A stretch of 62,910 bases of DNA, filler included, from Octopus bimaculoides (GCF_001194135.2; 5 parts of 4 records of this genome joined end to end with filler, not necessarily neighbours in it), one strand, 5' to 3'; positions 12,212-26,035 are shown, numbered from the whole stretch's first letter. A program made the numbers and translations. The notes: generated by a model not told the origin, from the letters alone.

Positions 12212-13870
12212 AGAATCATTAGTAGGCTCGACAAAATGCATGCTAAGCGGCATTTCGTTCGACTTTACGTTCTAAGTTTAAGTTCCACCGAGGTCGACTT
12301 AGCCTTTCATTCTTTTAAGGTCGATAAAATAAGAACCAGTTAACCACTGGGGCCGATTTAATTGACTTAGCCGCTCATCCAAAACGGCTGGCCTTATGCC
12401 AAAATATGAAATCGATATATCATTATACATTAAATTCATCGGTATATAATATGAAATAACCTTTAAAATATTTTTCAAAAAGCTTATTGCGCTGTCGTCC
12501 TTCTTTAAACACAAGTAGATGTGGGACAATTTTGTCGCCTAATACATGTTTTATATGTACCTCTAATGTTCATCTTGATTTTATTGAGTAAAAGGAACGT
12601 ATTATACATGGAGTTACATACGGTTATAAAAGTTATATGAGCACTCTTGTGTTTTATAGAAGTGTGATGTTCTGGAATTGAGCTAACAGCTAGGGACTTT
12701 GCAAAGACTAGATTATTTCGTTTCGTGGACATTGAAATATATGATCTTGTCTGCCGTTTGAATGAGTGAACCTCTATGTAGTCACGCGACCTGCAAGCAT
12801 TAACATGTAGATTTCCTCAAAACACACCATACAATCATTAAAAAATGGGCCTGAGTTCCCTACATGTATGAGAAAACAAACGGCACGATCAATACGTCTG
12901 TTCGATCAGAACTGACCAGGGAGTTAAACGACAGCATCGACAATAAGCAACAAAAAAAAAACAAACAAAAAAAATTAAATTCTGCAACGTTTTTCACTAG
13001 CTGTTTCTTGAGTGCAGCAGAATCCAAGTAAGTTTATAGCGAGTCGAGTTACCGGTCCTGAGTCCATTCCAACTGAAGCTGTTTTTCATTTCATACAGCA
13101 GCTCTGGCGTTGTGAAAGGCATGGATATCACAACGTCTCAATTTTCGTAACTTTTGTACCAATTTCAACTGCAATATTTTTTCATTTATTCGCTTGTGCC
13201 AAATGCTGACAATAAATCGTTAGTTATCTCCCATGCCTTCAATGAACTGATGCTGTTGGCCCACAACAAGGCATCCGGACGAACGTTCAAGAAACAAGTA
13301 ACTCAGGTGTAATGACAGGAGTCGAGCATCGCGTCTATATAGATTTTAAACACATGCAATATATATAAAATCCACTCAGAAACACACGCACACACACACA
13401 CACACAAAACAACAACAGAAATGAATATCAATAATTTTCAAAATTTTTGGTACGTACGAATTGTTGTTTTAAAAATATATAACGATTCATATGCGTATGT
13501 ACGCAGGTACATACATACAGGTTTGTGCGCGCCCAGATTTTGTATTATAAAGTATATGTATTCGGAATCTACGGATATATATGCATGTAGGTTCTTGTGT
13601 ATGCGTGTGCAAGTGTGTGTGTGTATGTATTTCTATAGGTATATCAACACGTAATGACAACAAAAATAGCCATTATGATAATAATATTATTATTTATAAC
13701 AACAACAACAGCAATAATAATAATTACAATAACAACAACAATCGGACAAAAAAAAAATTACTTTTTTATATATAAATCAGAAATCACATGCTTTTCATGT
13801 CAGTTGACTGCTGTAAGTTTGTATGTAATACACACACGCACGCACACGCACGCACGCACACGCACGCACA

Positions 13871-13930
13871 CACACTTACATATGTACATACACACTTACA
13901 TATGTACATACACACTTACATATGTACATA
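13871..13930. repeat. Minisatellite, 20 bp x 3 (CACACTTACATATGTACATA)
   Basis: Three perfect units read directly from the sequence. Confidence 0.95.
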
Positions 13931-14439
13931 CATAGACGGAGAGTTGAGTGGATGAATGAATGGATGTTTGCATGTACGTATATTATGCAGAACAATGGCC
14001 GAATCTTGTAAGATTATTATGTGCGGGTGAAAAGCTCACAGCTCTAATACAAAGGATAACATTCAATCAACATGGCCGCCATCAAAAATAGATCTTTCTT
14101 GGCGTGTACGTAGAATGATGGAATGCTGTTCGTTTTAAAGCAGCGACTTCTCGGCCTAAGTAAACTATTATAGAAAAATCAAGCAAAATCCACACTCGAT
14201 CAATAAATGTTTAGCAGACTCGGTTTTTGTGATCGATGGCTAAAATACCATTAAGATATGCTGAATGCTTGTAGATCGAACTATATAAATAGGAACAAGG
14301 CAAGATAATTCTTAAGTCTTGTAATGTGATTTTCCTCATCCTTTTTCTTCTCTCTTTCTAAAATGGTTATAGGGAGAGTTAATTTATAAAGCTGTTATAA
14401 TCCGGTCGTGTAAATAGTGCTGTACCATACAAATCAGTC

Positions 14440-14900
14440 AGGTCACTTTCTTTCTTTCCATTTTCCTTCCTTCCTTCCTTCCTTCCTTCCTTCCTTTCTG
14501 TACGTCTTTCTGGTTGTCTTATTTTTTCTTTTATTTTGTGCATTCTTCATTTCTCTTTTTCTTTCTTTCCATTTTTTCCTCCCAGCTTCTCTTTCTTTCA
14601 TATTTAATTCTTCCATTTCTTTCTTTTATCTTTCTATCTTCCTTTCTGTCCCTTCTTTGTTTTTCCTCTCACTTCTTCATTATTTCTTTTCTCCATCCTA
14701 CCTTTCTTTCTAGCTTCATCTCTTTCTTTGTCTTTACATTATTTTTCTTCCTTTCTTTTTTCTTTCTTTCTTTCTTCAACCATCTTCATTTCCTTCATTC
14801 TTTCTTTCCGTTTCAAACTTCCTTCAATTCAGACTTTCCCCTTTTGTATTCATTCATTTATTTATATATATTTTCTTTGTTTCTACCTTTCTTTCTGTCT
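14440..14900. repeat. Pyrimidine-rich low-complexity tract (TTCC/TTTC-derived)
   Basis: The plus strand is almost entirely T/C. A similar tract lies at ~18655-18800, and the purine equivalent at 22210-22670. Confidence 0.85.
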
Positions 14901-15983
14901 ATTTTCCTTGCAACTTTTTGTCGTGTGCCTAGGACTACATTATCCAATGTGCTTTTTTAAAGCAAAAAAAAAAACAAAAAAACACGGTAGGGTGATATTT
15001 GAGAGAAATTTGGTTACTATTTCTTGCATTTTGGGTATCCATATCAAGGCAGTTATCATGTTTTCCTGTTCAGTGTGTTTTCTTAAACATTTAATTGTTA
15101 GAAAGTTCTAATATTTATCGATGGTTACTGAGTAAATTTTTCTTAATATTTCCATTATTTTTAACAAATTATATATTTAGATACGTTTGGCGTAACTTCT
15201 GGTCAAATAAAAAACAAATTTAGTTGCATAGAAAACGAACTGCTACCAGATGTGCAAATTATACGCAAAGCGAAATCAGCTAACTAGAAAGATGAGATAA
15301 AAGGGAAAACGAAACCGCTTAAAAAGAAAGCAAAATGCCAACACATACACAGGTGATACGCAAAACGAAATCAGTTATGTAGAAAAATGAAATAGAACAG
15401 AGAACGAAATTACTTATACAAAAGACGAAATGCTTACAGATATACATGTTGTATGCAATATGAAATCGATTTATAGAAAAATAAAGGTGATAGAACGAAA
15501 AACGATATCAGTTATAAAGGAAGATGACTGCAATAGATAATACTGGTAATGCGAAGAAAATCGGTTGTACAAAGAGCGAAATGCTCTAGATTTACAGGTA
15601 ATACAGCAAAAAAGAAATCAGAGATATACGCACAGATAGACACATGTACACACACACATATACACACATATACAAGCACGCGCAAAACAAAATGCGATTG
15701 GAATATGTTAAAACTTTTACAGTCTAATTCAGAGGTGACTTGGTATAGGCTGACCGGGGTAAGATTCTTATGGAAGGCAAACAGTCGCTTCTATACACAG
15801 GTCTTCTGTCTCCGCGCCACGGATGTTGTCTAAGCAAAGCAAAGGCCGATACAGTTTGGCATCAGTGTCGTCTCAGTCGTTGTGGTTTATGATGCAATGA
15901 GCCGGAACATTTCTTGCAAGGAATCCCGTCCAGTGACCCAACAGTTCCGCCAAATCACCATTATGGATTCATAATTTCTCTCT

Positions 15984-16030
<47 letters not shown>

Positions 16031-16894
16031 ACCCCAAAATAATGAAAAGCAAAGTTGACTGTGCCAAAATCTGAACACAGACCGCTGCTTTCCAAACACA
16101 TGGTTCCAGGTTCAATTCCACTGCGTGGCACCTTGAGTAAGTATCTTCTACTATAGATTCGGGCCGACCAAAGCATCGTGAGTTGATATGGTAGATGGAA
16201 ACTGAAAGAAGCTCATTACATACATATATTTATATATATATACATACACACACATACGTGTTTGTGTGTGTGTGTCTTTGTTTGTCCCCCACCACCGCTT
16301 GACAACCGGTGTTGATGTGTTTACGTTACCGTAACTTAGCAAGTCGGTAAAAGAGAGCGATAGAATAAGCACCAGGCTTTAAAAATATAAGTCCTGGAGT
16401 CCATTTGTTCGACTAAAACCCATCAAGACGATGCTCCAGCATGTCCGCAGCCAAATGACTGAAACAAGTAAAGGATAAAAGATAACCCCACGTTATATTT
16501 GGTCGCAGGCATGGTTGTGTGGTTAAGAAGCTCACTTTGAAACCAAGTGGTTTCGGGTTCAGTCCCACTGCACGGTACCCTAGTTGTTTTCATATATAGT
16601 CCCGTGTGAGTGGATTTGGTGGAAGGAAGCCCGTCGTGTGTGTGTGTGTGTGTGTGTATTTTCTAAATAATAGTTATACGCTTTAAACTAATAAGCGTTC
16701 ACTGTGCATTGGCTAAAGAAATTAATCTTAGGCTCTTTGTAGTTTTCGTCACTGTTTACAATTTTGTTCCAATTGTTTTCAAATTTGATATATGGATTAA
16801 GTTTTGTACACTAATAATGAAAATGAAATTCATTTTCCCTATAAATCCAAGATTAAAAGGCTTTTGGACTTTAAAATTTGAAAAATTTGGGTAT

Positions 16895-17180
16895 TTTAGC
16901 CAATCAGAAGCGAGTATTTTAGACATCACCGTGGCGAACAAGTCTGTTTATATAGCAACCAAAGCAAAGATGCACTACGTGTTCTACAGTTGATTACCAA
17001 GAACTCTGTTTCTATAGTAACCAAAGATGCTGCGCATGCTCACAAGGAGTGTAACCACCACTTATTCTGTAACAGATGAAACACAGACACAACAATTTTA
17101 GTTTAATGTTTTGACATGCTGATGCCCCCCGCCCCCTGATGAAAGAAGAAGCAACGAATGTGCTGTTTTCTGATTGGCTG
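16895..17180. promoter_or_regulatory. Motif cluster: 2 CCAAT boxes, 2 RFX X-box-like sites, an NRF1-like site and a GC box
   Basis: CCAAT 16900-16904; GTTTATATAGCAAC 16946-16959; GTTTCTATAGTAAC 17008-17021; TGCGCATGCT 17031-17040; CCCCGCCCC 17127-17135; ATTGG 17173-17177. Confidence 0.45.
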
Positions 17181-18000
17181 AAAATTCTGAAAATTACCAA
17201 ACTTTGAACACCTGTAACATTTTTGCAAATTTTTTTCTGGAATAAATGAATAGCAAATTTGGATACAGCGTCGAAAATTACATCTATATGATACATAAAA
17301 ACATTTTTTTAAAGATAATTGTAAACACTGACGAAAACCACAGAGATCCTAATCTAATATTGGGGCATATAAGCCCCGAGAGAAAAAAAATGGCTATTAG
17401 TACGAGTGGGAATCGAACCCATACCTCTTATTAATTTAACGCATATATACACACACACGCACACACGTCCGTGTGTCTTAGTGTTTGTCATCCCACCGCT
17501 TGACAACCGGTGTTGGTTTGTTTAAGTGACCGTAATATAGTGGTTCAACCAAAAATGATAGAATAAGTACCAGACTTCAATAAATAGATTAAATATAAAA
17601 TAAGTACTGGGGCCGATTTGCTTCACTAACCCCCACCCCAAGGAGGTATCCCTGCATGGCCACATTCCAATGACTAAAACAAGTAAAAGATAAACAATAT
17701 ATTACTGATTCTACCATTTGTCGTCCTTTAGTATTAAATATTTGTAAGATGAGCTGGCAGAAATATTAGCGCGCCGGACGAAATGCTTAGCGGTATTTCG
17801 CCTGCCTTTACGTTCTGAGTACAAAATCCGCCGAGGTCGACTTTGTCTGTCATTTTTCGGGGTCCTTGTGCCTAGAGTAGAATAGAATATGAAATGTTTT
17901 GTAAATTTAGTACGAGGTCTCTTATTTTGGTGGAAGACACAAATTAAATTAACCTTAATACATGACTGGTATTTATTATACTGACGCCAGATTTATGGAA

Positions 18001-18315
18001 GTGGAGGCGCAATGGCCCGGTGGTTAGGGCAGTTGACTCACGGTTGGAGGATCGCGGTTTCGATTCCCAGACTGGGCGTTGTGAGTGTTTATTGAGCGAA
18101 AACACCAAAAGCTCCACGAGGCTCCGGCAGAGGTTGGTGACGACCCCTGCTGTACTCTTTCACCCCAACTTTCTCTCGCTCTTTCTTTCTGTTTCTTGAG
18201 TAACGCTGCGAAGGACTGGCGTCCCGTCCAGCTGGGGGGAACACATACGCCATAGGAACCGGAAAACCGGGCCCATAAGCCTGGCTAGGCTTTGAAAGGG
18301 CGGAGAAAGAAAAAA
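18001..18315 (+). mobile_element. tRNA SINE sharing the family-C head and body but with a different 3' tail
   Basis: The first ~190 nt match 49623 onwards, then the sequences diverge. Near-TSD ATTTATGGAA (17991-18000) and ATTTCTGGAA (18316-18325). Confidence 0.85.
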
Positions 18316-19893
18316 ATTTCTGGAAAGAGCAAATGCAAAATCTGCGTTGGTAGCATACGAACTCTAGATATCTATCTTCGAAAATAAAGTGAAATAAAAC
18401 AAATCTAGAAGTCTTCATGTTCTGAATATTTGGGAACGTGTTACTTCTTACTATCTCCCTTACTAATTTCTATCAATCCCGTATTTGATTGACTCTGTAA
18501 TACAAAGTTGATTTTTGAACCTACAAACTGAAGAAGCACATCTAAACGCTGCGTGACATTGTTTTTCTAACACTATTCCTATTCAGCTGCCTATTCATCC
18601 CCTGGTGACAGATGAAATATGTACAAAGTTGATTACTAAGGCCGATTAAATTCCCCTTACCTTTTTTTCACTCTTTCATTTCTCTTTTATTTCCTAATTT
18701 CTTTCTTTGCCTCTTTCTCTCTTTCCTTCTATTGTTCATTGTCTTCTCTCTGTTCTTTTCCTTCTCTTTTATCTGCTAATCTTCTCCCTCGGCTTGTTTC
18801 TTTTGAGTGTGACACACAATTCGGCATGCCCTACTTCTTTATGCCTGTATGAAAGATAACTGGTTTCGCTACAGGAAACCAACCCAGCAATTACTTTCTT
18901 TTCTAATTTTTAATCTTCAGTGATTCTTTGAAAAATTAAAACAATTCCTGCATCCCCAATCCACTTGCTTTGAAAACGAACTAAACTAAAATAAAATAAA
19001 ATATCTTCAAGCTATAAATCATTCAATTTGTTTTACATTGCCTTATCTCCCCTTTTGACAGTTGCCGCCAGCAGTATCGCCATTTCAAACCTTATTTACA
19101 GAACAATCATGTAGCCGTTCGTTTTGAAAGCAGCGAGAAGCTAACAATAAAGCAGTCACCAATTGTAAGATATCAATCCTCGATTTGCACTTCATCTAAG
19201 ACTGCAGTTTGTTTAGAAAGAAGAAAACAGCTTCATCCTCAGATGTCTTACTCTTATTGTTTACCAAAAATAGACTGCTGAAGCGACAGCATCTTGAGAT
19301 TTCTACTGAAGTAGATAGTAAAAGAAAATTTAGAATACAGTCACGTGATGGTTTATACAGACTAGAAAACACAAACGGAATACATACACGCTTCAAATTT
19401 GGCCATGTAGTTGCTAAGTGGTTCAGAAATATTATGCTACGAAACACGATGGTATTTGGTAAGTAAGAGCTTTCTACACAGTTGACAGAGATCCTCTTAA
19501 TAGAAAACAGACGGTCGGATAAAATGTTAACATATGGTACATTGATGGTTCTATAAGCGCAGTGACAGGAGCGTGTGGTTAAGAAATTCGATTTGCGAAT
19601 AAGAAGACTATAGCCCCGGGTCGACCAGTGCCTTGGGAGTGAATTTCATACGCGGAAACTATATAGAAGTCCGTGTAACAAATATACGAGTAAATGAACA
19701 AACGAAAGAAAAAGCACGTGTGACTTTTTCTAAGACTTATATTATTATTTTAAATAATTTGATTTGGCTCCATGCAACTTACAATTTCCTAGGCTTCTTA
19801 CATGAACATAGCTCGTTCAGTCTGAACAGGCTAGGTTTCTGTAATGAGATGATGAAACTTCGGTTCGCATGGAGCCGAATCAAACAGTTTTAT

Positions 19894-19944
<51 letters not shown>

Positions 19945-20130
19945 GCTTCAAATTTTTGCACAAGGGTAGCCACTTTAGGGGAGGAGACAAGTCGATTATA
20001 TCGACCCCAGTGTTTCATTGGTATGTAATTTATCAACCCCAAAGGATGAAAGGCAAAGTCGACCTCGGCGGAATTTAAACTCAGAACGTAAAGACAGGCG
20101 AAATGCCACTGAGCATTCTGCCAACTCGCC

Positions 20131-20220
<90 letters not shown>

Positions 20221-20949
20221 TGTAGTACCAAACAGGGGTGTTGAATAAAGATTCTTGCAAACTCGATTTTCCGTTTCCCTCATTTATTTTGTATCAAGGG
20301 AACGCTTTAGACGATGTTGAACGCTTTAGTCGATGTAATCGGCTGGCCCCTACCTCCCACCAAAAATCTCAGGCCTTGTGCCCATTGAAAACAGGAGTTA
20401 TACTTTAAAGCCAATGGGAGGATGATGTCTAATGACTTCCTTATAGATGAGGTTTGACGATGTTAGAACGACCAGAATTTCTAGAGTTGAAAGATTAAAT
20501 TGAGAAATATCATTAATTAACGATAGATAATTTGTTGGGTGTTTTGAACGTTTGTATGTGTGCAGGAGTGAGGTGAACAGATAAGCTAAACCATAAAAAC
20601 TATAGACATTATTTCTAGCGTCAAGGATTTTCATTTGTGACAGCAACAACGTCATTATATGCATTTCGCCCGGCGCGCTAACGATTCTGCCAGCTCACCG
20701 CCTTAAATTAGATAATAATAATAATTAGAAGAGAACATACATGCATACATACTTACACACGCACACACATGCATACGTACGTACATACATACATACACAC
20801 ACACTATGTGGTAAGAAGCTTGCTTCCCAATCACATGGTTCCGGGTTCAGTCCCACTGCGTGGCACCTTGGTCAAGTGATTTCTACTATTATTTCGGGTC
20901 GACGAAAGCCTTCTGAGTGGATTTAGTAGACGGAAATTGAAAGAAGCTG

Positions 20950-20982
<33 letters not shown>

Positions 20983-21693
20983 TGCATTTCTTCCCCTCAT
21001 CACCGCTTGACAACCAGTTTTGGTGTGTTTACGTGCCCGTAAACTAGCGGTTCAGCAAAAGAAAACCGATAGAATACGTACTAAGCTTACAAAAAAACTA
21101 ATAAATCCCGGAGGTGATTTGTTCGGTTAAAACCCTACAAGGTGGTGCTCCAGCTCGGCCGCAGTCAAATGACTGAAACAAAGAAGAGAATAAAAGAAGA
21201 GAAAACATACAATCATAAACTTATTATGTAGTAAGAAGCTTGCTTCCCAATCACATGGTTCCGGGTTCAGCGCCACGCACTGAATATGTAAGAAAATATA
21301 AGAACAATTGCGTGGTTATAAAAATCTTGAAGAACGAAAAGCGAAAGTGACTTTCGTTGGATTTGAACTTAGAACGTAGAATGATTTCAGTAAATGCCGC
21401 ATTCCCATATAATACATAATTGTAATGAATAGTCTAACAGAGTTCGACGTGAGTCTTTGAATGGCTATGAAATAGCTGAAATGTGGAGAGGTGAAGGTGG
21501 AATGTATTGTATATTGATGGTGTAAGAGAGAAGGAAGTAAGAAACAGTAAAAGAGCAAGAAGGAACCCCTGTCCCACCCCTAAAATAAAACGAAGGTCGG
21601 GGTGGGGGTGGGGTGGAGTACGAAAATGAAAGTGAAAGAATGAAAATTTTGAACGAATAGAATCAAAACTGTGTACGTTACGTTATGTGTAAA

Positions 21694-21739
<46 letters not shown>

Positions 21740-22206
21740 TGTGTGTGTGTGTATTTGTGTGTGTGTGTCTGTGCATGTATGTATGTATGTATGTATGCGT
21801 TTATGTGTACTTGTGTGTATGTATATATGTATAAAGTGAGATCCTATTGGCAATAGAGATTGTTCAATCTTACTGCCGCTGAAGAATTCACAATTGAAGA
21901 ACAGGTAGCAGAAATGTGCAGACAAAATTTGAAAGCTTCCGATAGGAATGACATTATTCAAAGAAGAACTGAACAATACTGAGTGTCGCTGTGTATGTGT
22001 TTGTTGTTGTTGTTGTTGTGTTTGTGTGTGTATTTGTGTTTCTTCTGGCGTATGTACGAGTGTATGAATATGTTCGTTATAGGTACGTGTGCGGCGGGAG
22101 GATAGTCAAAATGGCGAGGTGAAGAAGGGGTTGTGGGGTGAGGGGGATGAGAGGGTGAAGGCAAAGAAAGACGTCTATTGAAAATCGGTTTGTTAAGTGT
22201 CAATGG

Positions 22207-22260
<54 letters not shown>

Positions 22261-22296
22261 CGGAAGAAAGAGGAAGAAATGAATTTAGTTAAGAAT

Positions 22297-22342
<46 letters not shown>

Positions 22343-22575
22343 CAGACAGACAGACAGAAGAAACAGGGTGATAGACGTGATCGCAAGAAGCAGACAGAGG
22401 GCGTAGAAGAAAAAGAAATATTAGAAATGGGAGAGAGAGAGAAAGAGAGAAAGAGAGGGTAGGAGAGAGGGTGAGAGAGAGGGTGAGAGAGCGCAACACA
22501 AAGACACAAAGAAAGAGAGAGACAGAGAGCGAGTGAAAGAGTGAAAAAGACAAAGAGGTGAAGAAAGAAAGACAG

Positions 22576-22616
<41 letters not shown>

Positions 22617-22626
22617 NNNNNNNNNN

Positions 22627-22670
<44 letters not shown>

Positions 22671-22914
22671 GAAGAGTGGCGGGGGAGGAAATGAGAAGAG
22701 TTGAATTGGCAGCTTGAAGACATTGGTGTTTGGAATGACTTATAGAAAAAAATTATTCATTGAGGTCGACATTGAAAAGAAATACGAGCGAATAACAGAC
22801 ATGCGCATACATACGTTACATAAACACAACATACACATATATACATACATGCTTACATACATGCATACACGGATATAATAGATATGTATACACACACACA
22901 CACATATATGTATA

Positions 22915-22971
<57 letters not shown>

Positions 22972-24467
22972 NNNNNNNNNNNNNNNNNNNNNNNNNNNNN
23001 NNNNNNNNNNNNNNNTTAATTAATTAANNNNNNNNNNNNNNNNNNNNNNNNNNNNNNNNNNNNNNNNNNNNTATATATATATATATATATACACATACAT
23101 ATATATACATACATATATATACACACACATACATATAAACACATACATATATACACATACATATATGTGTATATATAAATTTATACACACATATATACAT
23201 ACATCATGTATTTATCTATAAATATTGAGATGTATATATAGGCATAGATATACACTCACATATTCCTACCTACATAGGCACATATACTAAAACCTACATA
23301 TTATACATAAATAATATGTATTCATACTATCATATACATATATATGCATACATACATAAACACACACACATACATTCTTGTAGAAACAGAAGCTTCTTTC
23401 TAGTGTGATTTGACCAATTCCTTTATCATACAACCTTTATGGAGTAAAAACAATAAAGTTAACTGGTTTGCTAAGAAAAATCAATTTATAACAGTTTGTA
23501 TACACTTCATGTAGTCAATTACATAAATTTCAAATGTTTGACTCAGTAAATCAGAGTGAATTTAAGGAAATATTTCACATCTGACAACTGAAGAGAATAA
23601 TTTCCCCTACTCCCTCATCACTAGTTTGTATGTCATCTGTCAAACATAGAACATGACATGTATTTATGGAGCCATTCTTCTTCATTCAGGGTTTGTGAGG
23701 AAGCTAAATATTTTGAGTCCAAAATGGTGTCAATACTCCAAGAGAACAGCAGTTGTGGGAGCCATATTATATCAGCAGCTGCACATAGTTAACCAAGATG
23801 TTTGAACATCCAGTAGATAGAGAGATATAAGATAAGGCAACACTAATTTAATGTCAGTAATGGAAACTAAAATCTACAGTCACTGAGAAGCCCCTTGCAA
23901 GAGAGAAAGTGGTGGGTGATGGGGGAAATTGCTGTGAGAAACAGTTGTTATACTTTTTCACAAACAGATTTAAAGATGAAAAAAAAAAAAGTGAAGATAT
24001 TTCATATCTACACATTCTCTTTGCAACAATGGAAGAGCCAGTGAAAAATGAGGGAAAAGAATACCTATTTTTACTTAGATGCAACCTATTTTAGATTATA
24101 AAAAGTATAATTAACAAATCAACTCTTAACATTGCTAGCATACTAAAATATTTTAAGGTTAAATGTCTTTATGGAGTACTTAAAAAAAACTGATTTTTAC
24201 AGTTTTAATCAAAAGAAAAGCAAAACAACAAATATTCCATCACTACAATCTTTTATATCTTTTTCTTGTTTCAGTTATTATTAGACTGCAGCCATGCTGC
24301 AGCACCAACTTAAAGAACTTTTAGCCAAATGAATTGACCACAGTACTTTTTCTTTAAGCCTGGTACTTATTCTATCAGTCTCTTTTGCTAAGCAGCTAGA
24401 TTACAGGGATGTAAACACATCAACATCAGTTGTCAAGTGGTGGTGGCAGTGGGGTGGACAAATACAA

Positions 24468-24510
<43 letters not shown>

Positions 24511-25946
24511 GCTTCTTTCAATTTCTGTCCACCAAATCCACTCAGAAGGCATTGGGTTGGCACAAGTAAAAGCTTCTTGCCCAAGGTGCCACAAAGTGGA
24601 ACTGAACTCAGAACCATGTGGTTGGGAAGCAAGCTTCTTACCGCACAACCACACCTGTGCCATTGCTTAATTTATTTTTCTTTTATGGACAGAATTTTAA
24701 AAAGAAATAATAGACAAAAAAAATTTGAAATTATAGATAAAAAACATTTGAATGTGTAATTTAATTACAGGTATATTAAAACATAGATTCATATTTATAT
24801 TCAAATTGACAAAGTACATTGATAATATTCTCTGAGTCATAATAGATTACTTCTCTAATTATTCTTTTTAGATTATAGATACTTGTTAGATCAGTTAAAT
24901 TTTTAACAACAGTCAAATTATTCAGTATACTGTTCTGTATTGAAAATTATTTACATATCTTTTTTAAGTAACAGTTAATTTATGTTTCAAATGAATTACA
25001 TAACTTTAGATAATACTAAGGAACTTCATGGTTCAAGTTGAATTGAAAATGAAAATATAAGAATAAGTCTTAAAGATATGTAAACTTAATGCATAGATCT
25101 AGAGTAAAGGAGTTAACTATGTTCCAATAATTAACTTAGTAGCCACAAATTTAGTTTTGTGGTCTATTTTTAAAACAAAGTTTGGTTAAATATAGTTGAT
25201 AACATGTTTGTCCAGTTAAAAAGAATAATACCAGGCAACAAGCTTAAGCTGTCACGTGAAGCAACCGATATTTTAATATTCTAAAACTAAACAAAATAAA
25301 TAAAATAAAATAAAATAATGGAGAGCTGCATAAAAAACAAAACCCTACAAGTTTTGAAATATACTAATTAAAACGTTACAAAAGAAAAGAAAAGGCGGGA
25401 GGGGCTTCCCCACTGACTTATGTTCCAAATCAAAAGGAAAATTAAATTCAAGTTGAAAAAAATAATTGATCCTAGGAAGCATATTAGAAAATGTTTTTCT
25501 TTTATGATTAAAGCTAACAATCATTAAATTTAGAAATGTTAATTTAACATTGTAGAATGTTAATGTGTTGCATTACTATACATATAAAATTTGTTCAAAA
25601 ATTCCTTTCTAATTCTTTCTTTTTTTTAACAGCTAATGTTTGGAAACAATAAAAAAATCCAGAAAAGAAAGCATGAAAGTTTTTATGTCTATATTTTAAT
25701 TGTCATTGTTTTTTTTTTCTGTTTATATTTAAATAATGTGCCAAGTCACTGGATTATAAATAAAAGAGTTTATTTAGTACATTATGTATTTTGCCCTTAG
25801 TGGCATTCATTAACTCAAGAAAGTATTTTATGAATGCAGTGGTGTAAAACCATCATCAGCAGAAGAAAAAAATGTGTCACATTTCAATAGAGGAAGAGAC
25901 TGCTTGCTGCTTAATTATATACAAATATTACCTTTGGTTATTACAG

Positions 25947-26035
25947 AAGGCAGCTAGCTAATGGGGATAATTATCGAGTCAACTTGAAGACCTTTTACAC
26001 TAAAGTTGTTTCGGAGAGGAAATGTTTTGACAGGA
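25947..26035 (+). CDS. Candidate isolated internal coding exon (RQLANGDNYRVNLKTFYTKVVSERKCFDR), product unknown
   Basis: Acceptor ttggttattacag| and donor |gtgagt, with one open frame. No partner exon identified. Confidence 0.25.

Noticed and set aside
13098-13300. Exon-like region with splice-like sites on both strands
   Set aside because: Stops occur in the usable frames, and the resemblance to importin-like sequence is too short to support.
14417-15111. Overlapping hydrophobic 'membrane protein' ORFs
   Set aside because: These are translations of a T/C low-complexity tract.
20804-21270. SINE head repeated 420 bp downstream
   Set aside because: A ~45-bp partial duplicate of a common SINE head, explained by local duplication or a truncated copy.
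21598-21618. G-run cluster (possible G-quadruplex)
   Set aside because: Only three full G tracts plus GG, with no context suggesting function.
23016-23027. TTAATTAATTAA between N runs (also at 35528, 51397 and 60126)
   Set aside because: An identical 12-mer centred in fixed-size gaps, with stops in all six frames. It is a scaffolding spacer, not biology.
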